Source: Methylophilus rhizosphaerae (GTDB lineage Bacteria; Bacteroidota; Bacteroidia; Chitinophagales; Chitinophagaceae). From it: DNA of 64,000 bases. This document shows, one piece after another, positions 10,161-21,024 of this stretch. A program made the position numbers and the translations under genes. The DNA lies in the NCBI GenBank assembly GCA_943370285.1, contig CALRQJ020000001.1, positions 98,276-162,275 on the forward strand, given 5' to 3'. Each line of letters opens with the position of its first letter. Positions within the stretch are counted from its first letter, which is position 1. Under the pieces are notes generated by a model, which saw only the letters and a list, made by a program, of their open reading frames with translations, searched no databases and was not told where the DNA came from.

Positions 10161-10637
10161 TTACTTATTCAAATACCAAAAAGCACTGTTCAACAGCGTA
10201 GCAAAACTTACCCAAGCTATATAAGGTACTAATAACCAAGCAGCTAGCTTACTTAACTTGCTGAAAGAAATAATAGTTAATAAAATGCTGCACCATAATG
10301 CTATAATTTCAACCAATGCCCAACCCATGGCATGGAACTTAAAAAAGATGATGGACCACCAAAAATTCAACATCAATTGAACGCCGAATATGGGTAAAGC
10401 CAAGGTTCTTTGTTTAGAGGCCGGCTGCTGCCAAACCAAAAAGACACTCACACCCATCATAATGTATAAAGCTGTCCAAACCGGACCAAAAACCCAATTG
10501 GGCGGATTAAATGATGGCTTATTAACCGTTGTAAACCAAGTATTTACTTGGCCTGCCGTAAAATAACCACTAATTCCGCCTATAGTAAGCGTAAGCAAAA
10601 CGAATCCAATTAGTTGTACGAATTTAAAGTTTGCCAT
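10161..10637 (-). CDS. tspO: TspO/MBR tryptophan-rich sensory protein
   Basis: 158 aa, 5 TM segments, Trp-rich, with PPNWVFGPVWTALY and FFKF motifs. Confidence 0.8.
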   Translation of the reverse strand: MANFKFVQLIGFVLLTLTIGGISGYFTAGQVNTWFTTVNKPSFNPPNWVFGPVWTALYIMMGVSVFLVWQQPASKQRTLALPIFGVQLMLNFWWSIIFFKFHAMGWALVEIIALWCSILLTIISFSKLSKLAAWLLVPYIAWVSFATLLNSAFWYLNK

Positions 10638-11736
10638 ATTTTTTGTTGTATGCTATTAACCAACCGGTTACTTCATTGTAACTATCAACACCATTAGATT
10701 GTTGGTTGGCTTTTAAATATTGATCGTAAAATAGTTTTATGATGGGTTCAACGGGATTCTTATGTTTATTTAAATAATGCTTTAAATCTTTGAAATCATT
10801 CTTAACCAACAGATTAAGTGATTTATAATTATTTTTAGCTGCTATCGAGTCTCTCATAAACAACTCTCTGTTGGCATAATGAAACATATCAAAATAGCAA
10901 GAATAGCGAAGTAAAGGATCTTTTGAATCTGAAGCAGCTAAAAACCCTGTAAAATTAGCTTCACTTTCACTGGCATAGCCTAACTGATGGGCTATTTCAT
11001 GGCAAGTCACAAATGGCACTAACATTTTGGGGCCTGCAAGGTTAACTTGACTTTCACCACTAAACGGATTGTAGTACCCTAAATACCCTACCCAATTGCC
11101 CAACCTTCCATACAATGATTTTTTAATAGACTGGTTATCAATACTTAAGAAAGGGTAATCGGTTTTTACGGATTGATAAGATTGAAAAGCACTGTTGAAA
11201 ATTGATGGATAGGTGGGATACCGGTAATTACTGTCGCCCAATGTCAATCGAGTGGTATTAAGACTATCCAATAAGCTGATTGTTAATAATTTAAGGTCTT
11301 CTGTTGAATATTTAACAACACTTAAATTTAGCTGATGTGCAATGCCAAGACGATTATAATTCAGTCCCCACAACAAGTTAAATCCAATATAGATGGTACA
11401 CAAAACCTTTACAGCTGACTTTATATAGTTGAACATCAATTTTTTAGTCAGTTCCTTTCTCCAAATCTTTTTAAATAGTTTAACCAGATGATAGAGTAAC
11501 CAGCATCCAGCAGCGCCATAACCTATATCTCCCAAACTAAATGGCAACCAACCGGTTAACCATCTGGTTGCTGTAGCAATGTAGGGGTAAACTCCGGTTG
11601 AATAATAGTCTTCTACCCAACTCGGATGTATCGACCAAACTTTTATAGCTATAACCATTGTCAACAAAATTGCCCAACTTACATTTGTGCTGTTGACCCA
11701 TTTAGGCAATCGCTGTCTCAAACTTCTATCCCCCAT
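10624..11736 (-). CDS. DUF3810-like membrane zinc-metalloprotease-like protein
   Basis: N-terminal TM segments and an HExxH motif (CHEIAHQLGY). Confidence 0.6.
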   Translation of the reverse strand: MGDRSLRQRLPKWVNSTNVSWAILLTMVIAIKVWSIHPSWVEDYYSTGVYPYIATATRWLTGWLPFSLGDIGYGAAGCWLLYHLVKLFKKIWRKELTKKLMFNYIKSAVKVLCTIYIGFNLLWGLNYNRLGIAHQLNLSVVKYSTEDLKLLTISLLDSLNTTRLTLGDSNYRYPTYPSIFNSAFQSYQSVKTDYPFLSIDNQSIKKSLYGRLGNWVGYLGYYNPFSGESQVNLAGPKMLVPFVTCHEIAHQLGYASESEANFTGFLAASDSKDPLLRYSCYFDMFHYANRELFMRDSIAAKNNYKSLNLLVKNDFKDLKHYLNKHKNPVEPIIKLFYDQYLKANQQSNGVDSYNEVTGWLIAYNKKYGKL

Positions 11737-11830
11737 AGCATGCTAAATTAAGGAGAATGTAGGTGTAGTAAATTTTCCTTTTGACAATTGGGCATTTTAA
11801 CCTTACCTTTGCCGACCCTAAAAACTGACC

Positions 11831-12373
11831 ATGATGAACCGAAGGGAGTATGAAATACCTTTTGTAGGGCTGAAACCGGGAATTCATGTGTTTGAGTATA
11901 AGGTGACCGATAAGTTCTTTGAACCCTACCAACCACAGGATTTTACGAACTGTGATGCACAAATAAAGCTAAACTTAGACAAAAAGACCGGCTTTATGAT
12001 GCTCAAGTTTGATGTGGCAGGTAAGGTAGAAGCAATATGTGACCGTTGTGGTAATCCATTAACACAACAGTTATGGGAGGAGTTTAATATCCTTGTTAAG
12101 ATGGTGGACGAACCGGATACCATGAACGAACAAGAAGAAGACCCCGATGTATTTTACATCAGCCGTAACGAAAGTCACTTGCATGTTGCAGATTGGTTGT
12201 ACGAATTCATTAATTTGAGCGTACCAACCCAAAAACGATGTGCAGATAATGAAAAGGGTGAATCGGGCTGTAATCCTGAAGTACTAGAAAAACTTCGCAA
12301 TATGGAAGACAGTGTAAGCAGAGACACTAACCCTTTATGGAAAGGACTAGAAAAATTTAAAGACTTAGAATAA
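11831..12373 (+). CDS. YceD/DUF177 family protein
   Basis: CDRCGNP and C-terminal Cys motifs. Occupies the conserved position immediately upstream of rpmF. Confidence 0.75.
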   Translation: MMNRREYEIPFVGLKPGIHVFEYKVTDKFFEPYQPQDFTNCDAQIKLNLDKKTGFMMLKFDVAGKVEAICDRCGNPLTQQLWEEFNILVKMVDEPDTMNEQEEDPDVFYISRNESHLHVADWLYEFINLSVPTQKRCADNEKGESGCNPEVLEKLRNMEDSVSRDTNPLWKGLEKFKDLE

Positions 12374-12402
12374 CCTTTTTTTGACAAGATAAATATTGAT
12401 TT

Positions 12403-12597
12403 ATGCCAAATCCCAAACGCAGACATTCTCAGCAGCGTAGCGCCAAGAGAAGAACGCATTATGTAGCATCAGAAATTACCCTAAGCAAAGACAGCACAAC
12501 TGGCGAATTGCATGTTCGTCACCGTGCACATGTTAGTGAAGGTAAACTGTATTACAAAGGAAAAGTAGTATCTGAGAAAGCGCCGCTAAAAGCGTAA
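12403..12597 (+). CDS. rpmF: 50S ribosomal protein L32
   Basis: MPNPKRRHSQQRSAKRRTHY N-terminus. Confidence 0.9.
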   Translation: MPNPKRRHSQQRSAKRRTHYVASEITLSKDSTTGELHVRHRAHVSEGKLYYKGKVVSEKAPLKA

Positions 12598-12632
12598 TCG
12601 ACCAGATTATTTACGAATATAACCTGCCGGAC

Positions 12633-13592
12633 ATGAACATTGGCCTTGACATGATGGGTGGCGATTTTGCCCCGCTTGAAGCGGTGTTGGGTCTCCAAAC
12701 ACATTTGTCAAGGAACAATGGTCCGGCTGTTCTGTTTTGTATAGGCGATGAAGCTCAGTTAAATCCGCTTTTACAAGAACATAACCTGATCTCCCACCCT
12801 CGTATTCAAGTAGTGCATGCTCCTGAGGTAATCGGCTACAACGAACATCCTACCAAAGCCCTCAAAGAAAAACAACGTTCCTCTATTGCCATCGGTTTCC
12901 ATTTACTAGCGACCGGCAAAATAGATGCTTTCATTAGCGCAGGTAACACAGGCGCAATGTTGGTAGGTGCCATGTTTAGCATCAAGGCTATAGAAGGGGT
13001 GCAAAGACCCACTATTGCCACCGTAATGCCTAAATTAAATGGTAGCACCGGTATTCTGTTAGATGTTGGACTAAACGCCGATTGTAAACCCGAACACCTT
13101 AATCAGTTTGCAGTACTCGGTAGTTTATACGCCAATAATATTTTGGGCATAACACAACCGAAAATTGGCTTATTAAACGTAGGTGAAGAAGAAGGCAAAG
13201 GCAATTTATTAGCTCAAGCTACTTACCCACTGTTGAAAGTAAATACGCAGATTAATTTCTGCGGCAATGTGGAAGGTAGAGATATGTTCAACGACAAAGC
13301 CGATGTCATTGTCTGTGATGGATTTACGGGAAATATTGTGCTAAAAATGGCCGAATCGATGTACGATATTGCTTGTGAAAGAAATCTAGAGCATGATGCC
13401 TACTTAAGTAGATTTCATTATGAAAACTATGGCGGCACACCGGTTTTAGGTGTAAACAAGCCGGTTATTATTGGGCATGGCATCAGCAATGCCGTGGCAT
13501 TTGACAACATGATTGTCTTAGCCGAAAAAATGATAGAAAGCGATCTTTGCGGAAAAATCAAAGCTAGTTTTCAACACGAAACGGAAGCTTAA
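12633..13592 (+). CDS. plsX: Phosphate acyltransferase PlsX
   Basis: MGGDFAP, SAGNTGA and DGFTGNI motifs. Conserved rpmF-plsX synteny. Confidence 0.9.
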   Translation: MNIGLDMMGGDFAPLEAVLGLQTHLSRNNGPAVLFCIGDEAQLNPLLQEHNLISHPRIQVVHAPEVIGYNEHPTKALKEKQRSSIAIGFHLLATGKIDAFISAGNTGAMLVGAMFSIKAIEGVQRPTIATVMPKLNGSTGILLDVGLNADCKPEHLNQFAVLGSLYANNILGITQPKIGLLNVGEEEGKGNLLAQATYPLLKVNTQINFCGNVEGRDMFNDKADVIVCDGFTGNIVLKMAESMYDIACERNLEHDAYLSRFHYENYGGTPVLGVNKPVIIGHGISNAVAFDNMIVLAEKMIESDLCGKIKASFQHETEA

Positions 13593-13616
13593 TCTAGCTC
13601 TTAGCTACAACCCCAA

Positions 13617-14249
13617 CTATACAATCTTATCTTTAAATGCTTTAGCAACGGCTTCACTCTTGCTGTTTACATGTAGTTTTTCGTAGATTTTTTTGATGTG
13701 ACTTCTCACTGTATCAATAGCAATAAACATTTCAGCAGCAATCATTTTGTAGCTATAGCCATCAACCAATAATTGCAATACCTGTTTTTCACGGTCAGAT
13801 AGATTGTAGTCCTCTCCTTTCTCATTATTCATAGAAGAGAACATTTTTAGTACTTGCGTAGCAATAGAAGCAGTCATAGGTGCACCACCTGTATTGGCTT
13901 CTGCAATATATTCGAGCAATTTACTCGGTGGTGTTTTCTTCAAAATATAACCGTTAGCACCATTACTTATAGCTTGAAAAACATTCTTATTATCGTCAAA
14001 TACAGTGAGCATCAACACTTTAACATCGGTATTGATGGCTCTGATTTTTTTTAATCCTTCAATTCCATTTACACCGGGCATATCAATATCCATCAACAAC
14101 ACATCGGGCTTAAAAGCAACTACTTCATCCACCACATTATTACAGTTTTTGAAAGCTGCTAATACTTCAAAACCATCAGAACCGCTGATAAGCATGGTTA
14201 AACCTTCACGCAGTTGCGGATTATCTTCGTATAATATCACTTTTATCAT
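13617..14249 (-). CDS. NarL/LuxR-type response regulator
   Basis: REC domain (LLMDIDMPGVNG) plus a LuxR HTH (LSDREKQVLQLLVDGYSYKMIA...). The start is set at MIKVILYEDN. Confidence 0.8.
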   Translation of the reverse strand: MIKVILYEDNPQLREGLTMLISGSDGFEVLAAFKNCNNVVDEVVAFKPDVLLMDIDMPGVNGIEGLKKIRAINTDVKVLMLTVFDDNKNVFQAISNGANGYILKKTPPSKLLEYIAEANTGGAPMTASIATQVLKMFSSMNNEKGEDYNLSDREKQVLQLLVDGYSYKMIAAEMFIAIDTVRSHIKKIYEKLHVNSKSEAVAKAFKDKIV

Positions 14250-14383
14250 GTTCTGAAATTTGTACAAATCTATTTTTATTTCGCTGCACAAACAATCACA
14301 TAATCATGTTAAAAAATACTAAACAGCAAGACAAGAAATTGACATTATAGGATGCCACAGATTAACACAAATTATTACCTTTA

Positions 14384-17143
14384 ATGCCCATGTTGTTTAA
14401 AATCGGTAAACCTTTATTGCTTATTGCTATTGTTGTACACACCGTCAATATCTGCCAAGGGCAGAACTATTCATTGAACAACGGATTTGTAAACGGCCAA
14501 ACCATCACCACTTGCACCGGTACTTTTTACGATAGAGGCATTACGGGTAATTATAGCAACAATGAAAACTATACGGTAACATTTTGTCCGGCTACGCCGA
14601 ATACAAGAATGAGAATGGACATTGACCAAATGGCTTTAGCCGGTGGCGATACCTTATGGGTGTACGATGGCCCCGATGCCAACGCACCATTGATTTCTAT
14701 TTTAGACCTCAATTCAACAGGAGCAAATTCTATCATTGCCAATAATACTAGTGGATGCTTAACGGTTACTTTCAAATCAGATAATAACCTTACTAGCACA
14801 GGTTGGCTTATTCGACTACGATGCGCTGCGCCTTGTCAAACAATTGCAGGTACTATCACAACCAATCCGCCAAAAGATGCGAATGGTAATGTTTCAGTTT
14901 GCTTAGGCGAACAAATAACGTTTACAGCCAATATCAATTTTCCTCAAAACAATACCTACTATAATCAAAGTACTGCAAACAGTTTCTTTAATTGGAAGTT
15001 GAGTTTGGCCGGAGACACTTCGGGATTTAACATTACACAATTAACCAAAACCGTTACGCAATCGGCAGGCTACCGGGTGGTGCTGACGGTCACCGACTCT
15101 AATGGCTGTAAAAACAGCCAACCCATTCAAGTTAAAGTAAGAGGCTCGGTAAGACCAACATTTAACATGACAGGTGCAAGTATTTGTCAGTTAGATACCA
15201 CCATTTTACAAGGCAATTATGCTTTAAACCAAGGCCTTTTTATAACACCACCTTTTTCGGGGGACTCCATTTTTTTACCCGATGTTGGAGGAACATCAAC
15301 GGGTTGTAATTCGCCGTATACGGATACCATAAGAATTGTTGACTTTGGAGAAGGACAAATATTAACCTCAGTAAATGATTTTTTAGGTGTGTTCATTAAT
15401 ATGGAACATTCTTATTTAGGCGATTTATCGATGCAATTAATTGCCCCAAATGGTAATATTGTTTTTCTTAAAAAATACCCAGGTGGCGGAACTGCAGATC
15501 TAGGAGAACCTGTTCCGGGTGATAATAGTAACCCCATTGCAGGTGTGGGTTATTTGTATGGCTTCACACCAAATCCTACCAATGGTACCATGGCAGGGAC
15601 TACACCTAGCACCCATACCTATCGAGATAATTCCGGTGTGGTAAGAACGAATGCACCCTACTTACCGGCAGGCACTTACCAGCCTGCAGATCCATTTACA
15701 AACCTTATTGGCACCCCTTTAAATGGCAATTGGGTCATCAAGATTTGCGACCATTTATCACAGGATAATGGTTTTGTTTTTAATTGGAGCTTGAATTTCA
15801 ACCCCAACTTATATCCCAATAACGAAACCTATCAAATAGGGGTAGCTAGTGCTGCTTGGCGACCTGCACCCGGCATTGTAAGTGGTACAGCAAATACCTT
15901 AACCGTATCGCCTCGTAACCCCGGCATTGCCAATTATACCTATGTATTAACAGATAGTGCCAATTGCAATTACGATACTACCGTACAAGTACTGGTTAAT
16001 GCTTTGCCCGAAAAACCCAATTTAGGTGCCGATACCAGCATTTGCAATGGACAAACCATTAACCTCGCTGTTTTAAATCCGCAGCCCGGAGATGCGTATA
16101 CTTGGAGTACCGGACAAATGGGTGTCAATCAAATTTCCATTACCCAACCCAGTTTGTATAGTGTGTTGGCCCAAAACAATAATGGCTGTAAAAATAGAGA
16201 TACAATATTGGTTATTCCGAATGCACCAATTGCTATTAATTTAGGCGTTGATACCGCTTTTTGTGCCAGTAATCCTAATGTATTAACGCCTACAACTACC
16301 GGTGATATTAATCAATACACTTGGAGCAATGGTAGTAGTTTGCCAATGTTGCCTATAGCACAAACGGGATTGTATTGGGTGGAAGGCAGAAATCCCAATG
16401 GTTGTAAAGTGAGGGATAGTATTTTGATTGTTGACAATCCCATCAACAGTTATTTTTTGCCTAACGATACTTCAATTTGTTTCAATGGTAGTTATATGTT
16501 GAGTTTAACGCCACCGGTCAATACGAGTATAACTTGGAATGATGGCATTGTTGGCAATACTCGTACCATCAACTTCGGCACTAATTATAGCATTGTGGCC
16601 AACAATATTGGCTGCTTAAGGATTGATAGTTTCCAGGTTGGCACCAAACCTTTACCCATCATTAATGTAGGTAGAGATACGAGTATTTGTTTGGGATTTG
16701 ATGTTCCGCTGAAAGTGAATTATCCAGGTGCTACCTATCGTTGGAGTACAGGATCTACAGATTCAGCTATCATCATTAAAAATGCCGGTATTTATTGGGC
16801 CGAAAGTTTGTTGAATACATGTACATGGAGAGATTCGATGACGTTGGCGTTTAAAGATTGTAGTTGTAATGTAACCATCCCAAATGCTTTTTCGCCTAAT
16901 GCCGATGGTATCAACGACCAATTACGAGTAGCTATCAGTTGTTTTCCCGAAAATTATCGGTTTACCATTTTCAATCGTATGGGTCAACCGGTTTTTAATA
17001 CTACAGATTACAGAAAAACTTGGGATGGTACTCAGAACGGCAAACCATTGCCAGTAGCCACTTATTATTATATCTTAGATTATTACAATGCCGGTTTACA
17101 ACAACAAGAAAAGTTGAGTGGTTCAATTACTATCATTAGATAA
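14384..17143 (+). CDS. Large secreted T9SS cargo protein with a gliding-motility-associated C-terminal (CHU_C) domain, a proprotein-convertase P-like domain and an N-terminal CUB-like domain
   Basis: Signal peptide. NAFSPNADGINDQL near the C-terminus. HSYLGDLSMQLIAPNG P-domain-like motif. Repeated Cys-containing Ig-like modules. Confidence 0.75.
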   Translation: MPMLFKIGKPLLLIAIVVHTVNICQGQNYSLNNGFVNGQTITTCTGTFYDRGITGNYSNNENYTVTFCPATPNTRMRMDIDQMALAGGDTLWVYDGPDANAPLISILDLNSTGANSIIANNTSGCLTVTFKSDNNLTSTGWLIRLRCAAPCQTIAGTITTNPPKDANGNVSVCLGEQITFTANINFPQNNTYYNQSTANSFFNWKLSLAGDTSGFNITQLTKTVTQSAGYRVVLTVTDSNGCKNSQPIQVKVRGSVRPTFNMTGASICQLDTTILQGNYALNQGLFITPPFSGDSIFLPDVGGTSTGCNSPYTDTIRIVDFGEGQILTSVNDFLGVFINMEHSYLGDLSMQLIAPNGNIVFLKKYPGGGTADLGEPVPGDNSNPIAGVGYLYGFTPNPTNGTMAGTTPSTHTYRDNSGVVRTNAPYLPAGTYQPADPFTNLIGTPLNGNWVIKICDHLSQDNGFVFNWSLNFNPNLYPNNETYQIGVASAAWRPAPGIVSGTANTLTVSPRNPGIANYTYVLTDSANCNYDTTVQVLVNALPEKPNLGADTSICNGQTINLAVLNPQPGDAYTWSTGQMGVNQISITQPSLYSVLAQNNNGCKNRDTILVIPNAPIAINLGVDTAFCASNPNVLTPTTTGDINQYTWSNGSSLPMLPIAQTGLYWVEGRNPNGCKVRDSILIVDNPINSYFLPNDTSICFNGSYMLSLTPPVNTSITWNDGIVGNTRTINFGTNYSIVANNIGCLRIDSFQVGTKPLPIINVGRDTSICLGFDVPLKVNYPGATYRWSTGSTDSAIIIKNAGIYWAESLLNTCTWRDSMTLAFKDCSCNVTIPNAFSPNADGINDQLRVAISCFPENYRFTIFNRMGQPVFNTTDYRKTWDGTQNGKPLPVATYYYILDYYNAGLQQQEKLSGSITIIR

Positions 17144-17158
17144 CCTTGTACTTGTCTA

Positions 17159-18676
17159 TCACAGCTGTAGGCTGACAATTAGAAACAAGGCACTTACCAG
17201 CAATAATAAACCGATGAATGGCATGATAAATTTCAACCATGCTTTATAACTTAATTTAACCATTGCTAAAGCAGGGAATAAAGAAGCAGTTGGTGATATT
17301 AAAAACATGATTCCCATACCAAACAAATAAGCGTTCACAATTTCTCTGCCCGGAATATTCAGAAGAATAGCCAATGTGCCAATAATCGGCATAGTCAGTA
17401 CTGCCATGCCCGATGAAGAGCTTACCGGAATGGAAAAGAAAAAATAGAACAACATAATGAGCACAATAAAAATCGCAGCGGGAAAATGTTCTAACAAATT
17501 GGAGGCATGAAAAAGAATGGTATCGCTTACAAAGCCATCATTCAATACAATAGTTACACCCCTTGCTAAACCTACAATTAATGCCACCGAAAGCAAGGAA
17601 GCCATGCCGGTAGCAAACTCTGCTAGAAATAATTTTTCATTGATTCGATTAATAACTGCTACCAGCAAAGCTGCTGCGAAAAATAAGGCCGACATTTCTA
17701 TGGTCCACCAATCAAAAAACACAATCCCCAAAATCATACCTGTAAACGTTAGAAAAAATAACAGTAGCAATAATTTAGTTTTGATCGTTAGCTGTGGTTT
17801 TTCAGCAGTTGTGTTGGCAAGATTTGTTTCTACCATTGCATTAGTAATACCATCAACAGTATAAGCAATGGACAACTCAGGCCGCTGCTTTACTTTATTA
17901 GCATACCGTAACAAATACCAAATAAATAACCCTGTGGTGATGACAAAATAGATAAGCCGTCCATACAAACCATCTATCCAATTAATGCCGAGTGTATTCG
18001 ATGCAATAATAGCAGAAAAAGGATTAGAAAAACTCGATATGTAACCTAATGCAGCGCCACCAAAAACGATGGCTAAGGGAACAATCAAATCGTAACCGGC
18101 TGCTAAAAACAGCGGCACTAAAATAGGATAAAAAACGACCGACTCAACATCCATTCCATATGACCCACCCAAGAAAGAAAAAATAGTGGTAAGCACTACC
18201 ATCAGCAATTTTTCTCTTCCCTGCATACGATGCGCCAAGTATTGAATGCCTGCTACCATAGCACCTGTGTTATTAAACACTTGCATAAATCCACCAATCA
18301 TCAAAATAAACAATACAATATCGATACTCTCAATAATACCTTTAATGGGTGCTTGCAAAATGGAAATAATACCTTGCGGTTTTGAAGCTTCTTTTTGATA
18401 GGTATTGGGTACAGAGATAGGTTTACGAATGTCGCCATTTGAAAATTTATCCAATGCTACTTTTATAGACAAACTATCTAAAGTATGTTGGGTAAAAGGC
18501 AATACCACTGACCCTGATGTGGAACTAACGACAAAAGTAGTATTGTTGTCATTGGTCAATTTACTGTATTGCCCGGAGGGTAACACCCAAGTACTTATGG
18601 CAGCCAAAACAATGACTAACATAATAAGTGTTATGGCAGAAGGAATCTTGAATGCTATTTTCATGGAGTAGTGCAT
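17159..18676 (-). CDS. YfcC/DcuC-superfamily anion transporter-like membrane protein
   Basis: 505 aa, polytopic. Overall resemblance to YfcC family proteins. Confidence 0.55.
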   Translation of the reverse strand: MHYSMKIAFKIPSAITLIMLVIVLAAISTWVLPSGQYSKLTNDNNTTFVVSSTSGSVVLPFTQHTLDSLSIKVALDKFSNGDIRKPISVPNTYQKEASKPQGIISILQAPIKGIIESIDIVLFILMIGGFMQVFNNTGAMVAGIQYLAHRMQGREKLLMVVLTTIFSFLGGSYGMDVESVVFYPILVPLFLAAGYDLIVPLAIVFGGAALGYISSFSNPFSAIIASNTLGINWIDGLYGRLIYFVITTGLFIWYLLRYANKVKQRPELSIAYTVDGITNAMVETNLANTTAEKPQLTIKTKLLLLLFFLTFTGMILGIVFFDWWTIEMSALFFAAALLVAVINRINEKLFLAEFATGMASLLSVALIVGLARGVTIVLNDGFVSDTILFHASNLLEHFPAAIFIVLIMLFYFFFSIPVSSSSGMAVLTMPIIGTLAILLNIPGREIVNAYLFGMGIMFLISPTASLFPALAMVKLSYKAWLKFIMPFIGLLLLVSALFLIVSLQL

Positions 18677-18808
18677 GAGCTTTGAATTTGCTCATTTAAT
18701 CTCCAAAGTATAAAAAACTAGGCAGAAAGTTGTGTAAGAATAACTATTACAAAAAAATGCCTTACAAAGTGTCCATCAAAACGGTGCGATACGCTAGGCT
18801 GAAAAAGC

Positions 18809-19564
18809 TTAGTTTAATACAAGATATTCGCCTTTTTTATTGACAGAAATAATGGGGAGCTTTTTCTTGTCTTCAAAATAATCAAAGACTTCTTTTAATC
18901 GATTCGCAAACTGTTGTACTTCGGTATTGTTCTTAACCAATTTGTTTAATGCTTCTACACTTTTGGGATTATTATACCGCACCGGAAAAATATGTACCGG
19001 AATAAAATCTTGTCCTTGAGATTTAGCATGTGCCGCCAAAATGTATAACTCTTCTATTTGATTGTCTAGGATAGGAATACAACCGGTTGTTACACATTTG
19101 CCATGGATAAAAATATCGCTACCGGGACTAATAGAATCGCTGAGAATTTTATCGGAAGCATTAGGATAATTTAAACCTAACGACAGGTGAAAAGAACTTT
19201 TAGGATTAAACTGGTTGATGTAATAAAAACCTTCCGGCACCTGATAATCGCCTTCCATTCTTTTTGGTCCTAGACTACCTGCTAAAGCACAAACTTTATA
19301 TGTTTTGAATAACTTAAATGCTTCTTTATCTGAATTGCGAACCCATACTTCTAACTGACTGTCAAACTTAAAACTGCGGATATACATTTGCTTCACCGGC
19401 CATTGTAAGCCTGCCGCCTCCATTTGCTTCTTCAGCGTATCTTCTTTCAATTTTACAGCCGTTGCAAAACGAGGATAACTTTTTTGATAATCCACAAAAG
19501 ATGGCTGCGCTATTGACACAAAACCGATGCAAAAACTAAAAAGAAAAGTAATCAGGGTTTTCAT
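18809..19564 (-). CDS. L,D-transpeptidase family protein
   Basis: Signal peptide and the catalytic His/Cys context IHGKCVTTGCIPI. The start is set at MKTLITF. Confidence 0.6.
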   Translation of the reverse strand: MKTLITFLFSFCIGFVSIAQPSFVDYQKSYPRFATAVKLKEDTLKKQMEAAGLQWPVKQMYIRSFKFDSQLEVWVRNSDKEAFKLFKTYKVCALAGSLGPKRMEGDYQVPEGFYYINQFNPKSSFHLSLGLNYPNASDKILSDSISPGSDIFIHGKCVTTGCIPILDNQIEELYILAAHAKSQGQDFIPVHIFPVRYNNPKSVEALNKLVKNNTEVQQFANRLKEVFDYFEDKKKLPIISVNKKGEYLVLN

Positions 19565-19618
19565 GTGTTGCAAAATAATTAATCTGCCTTTCAAACGACG
19601 TAATTGTGCTAATAAGTA

Positions 19619-19644
19619 TAAAAAATCCCGCCCTTGGGCGGGAT
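19619..19644 (-). terminator. Rho-independent terminator downstream of hppD
   Basis: ATCCCGCCC (19625-19633) pairs with GGGCGGGAT (19636-19644). On the minus strand the stem is followed by a T-run. Confidence 0.7.
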
Positions 19645-19657
19645 GATTAACAATTGT

Positions 19658-20788
19658 TTACAAGTTGCCTCTCAAATCTTGCTCTCTTTCCAATGCTTCG
19701 AATAATGCTTTGAAATTTCCTTTACCAAAACTTTTGGCCCCTTTGCGTTGAATAATTTCAAAAAACAGAGTAGGTCTATCTTCAACCGGTTTGGTAAAAA
19801 TTTGTAACAGATAACCTTCATCATCTCTATCAATCAAAATACCCAACTCACTCAATGGTTTTAAATCTTCATCAATGGTACCAACACGGTCTAAAACGGT
19901 TTCGTAATAACTGCTCGGAATAGACAAAAACTCAACACCACGATTTTTTAAATCCGTAACCGTTTCTACAATATTGTTAGTAGCGATGGCCACATGCTGC
20001 ACCCCTTCGCCATCATAAAAATCTAAATATTCTTCTACCTGACTTTTCTTTTTTCCTTCAGCCGGTTCGTTAATCGGGAATTTCACAAAACCATTACCAT
20101 TACTCATCACCTTACTCATCAACGCAGAATATTCGGTAGAAATATCATTGTCATCAAAGGTCAAAATATTTCTAAAGCCCATCACATCTTCATAAAATTT
20201 AACCCATGGATTCATTTGATTCCAACCCACATTACCTACACAATGATCAACATATAAAAGTCCTGTTGGTGCAGGATTATAGTCACTTTTCCAAGCCCTA
20301 AATCCCGGCATAAAAATGCCATTGTAATTTTTTCTTTCAACAAATACATGAACCGTATCACCATAAGTATGAATGCCGCTTAACACTACTTCACCGTTAT
20401 CATCTTTTAGTGTAGTTGGCTCCATATAACTTTTACCACCACGGCTTGTAGTTTGGTGCCAAGCATCGGTAGCATCATCTACTTTTAATGCCAACACTTT
20501 AACACCATCGCCATGTTTGTAAATATGATTGGCAATAGGGTTATTGGAACGCAAAGGTGTGGTCAATACAAAAGTTAATTTCTCTTGACGGATAACATAA
20601 CTCACTTTGTCTTTAACACCGGTCTCCGGACCTGCATAGGCTAAACTTTGAAAGCCAAAAGCAGTTTTATAAAAATGTGCGGCTTGCTTGGCATTGCCCA
20701 CATAAAATTCTACATAATCGGTTCCTTGTAAAGGCAAGAAATCAACGGTTGTTGGCGCAGTAGCCGATGTAGCAGTTATTGTTTCCAT
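19658..20788 (-). CDS. hppD: 4-hydroxyphenylpyruvate dioxygenase
   Basis: 376 aa with two VOC-fold halves and the C-terminal ...FFEIIQRKGAKSFGKGNFKALFEALE motif. Confidence 0.9.
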   Translation of the reverse strand: METITATSATAPTTVDFLPLQGTDYVEFYVGNAKQAAHFYKTAFGFQSLAYAGPETGVKDKVSYVIRQEKLTFVLTTPLRSNNPIANHIYKHGDGVKVLALKVDDATDAWHQTTSRGGKSYMEPTTLKDDNGEVVLSGIHTYGDTVHVFVERKNYNGIFMPGFRAWKSDYNPAPTGLLYVDHCVGNVGWNQMNPWVKFYEDVMGFRNILTFDDNDISTEYSALMSKVMSNGNGFVKFPINEPAEGKKKSQVEEYLDFYDGEGVQHVAIATNNIVETVTDLKNRGVEFLSIPSSYYETVLDRVGTIDEDLKPLSELGILIDRDDEGYLLQIFTKPVEDRPTLFFEIIQRKGAKSFGKGNFKALFEALEREQDLRGNL

Positions 20789-21024
20789 ATAGCTGTAATT
20801 TAATCGTTTTTGTGTTGAAATGTAAAAGATGATTGGGGTTAATCATCGACAAGAAAAGCAATAAAACCTAGCAAGCAGGAGTATCCATTGCCAAAGATTC
20901 CATCAGCAAACAGAAGCTGCGGCGTTTGTCCAAAAAAGTTTTATGGGGATAATCGGGCCTCATTAAGGCAAAAATAGTGTTTTAAACTTCACAGGAACTT
21001 ATCTTCGCCACACATTTATTAACT

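Noticed and set aside
11726-11962. 78-aa and 62-aa minus-strand ORFs between the DUF3810 gene and the YceD-like gene
   Set aside because: They overlap the start of the well-supported YceD-like CDS and the promoter region, and carry no motifs.
20789-21024. Inspected the 236-bp hppD-purK divergent region for a purine/ZTP riboswitch
   Set aside because: Only one short hairpin (GATGATT...AATCATC around 20829-20848) is present. I could not find any ZTP or purine-riboswitch consensus. It is most simply a divergent promoter region.
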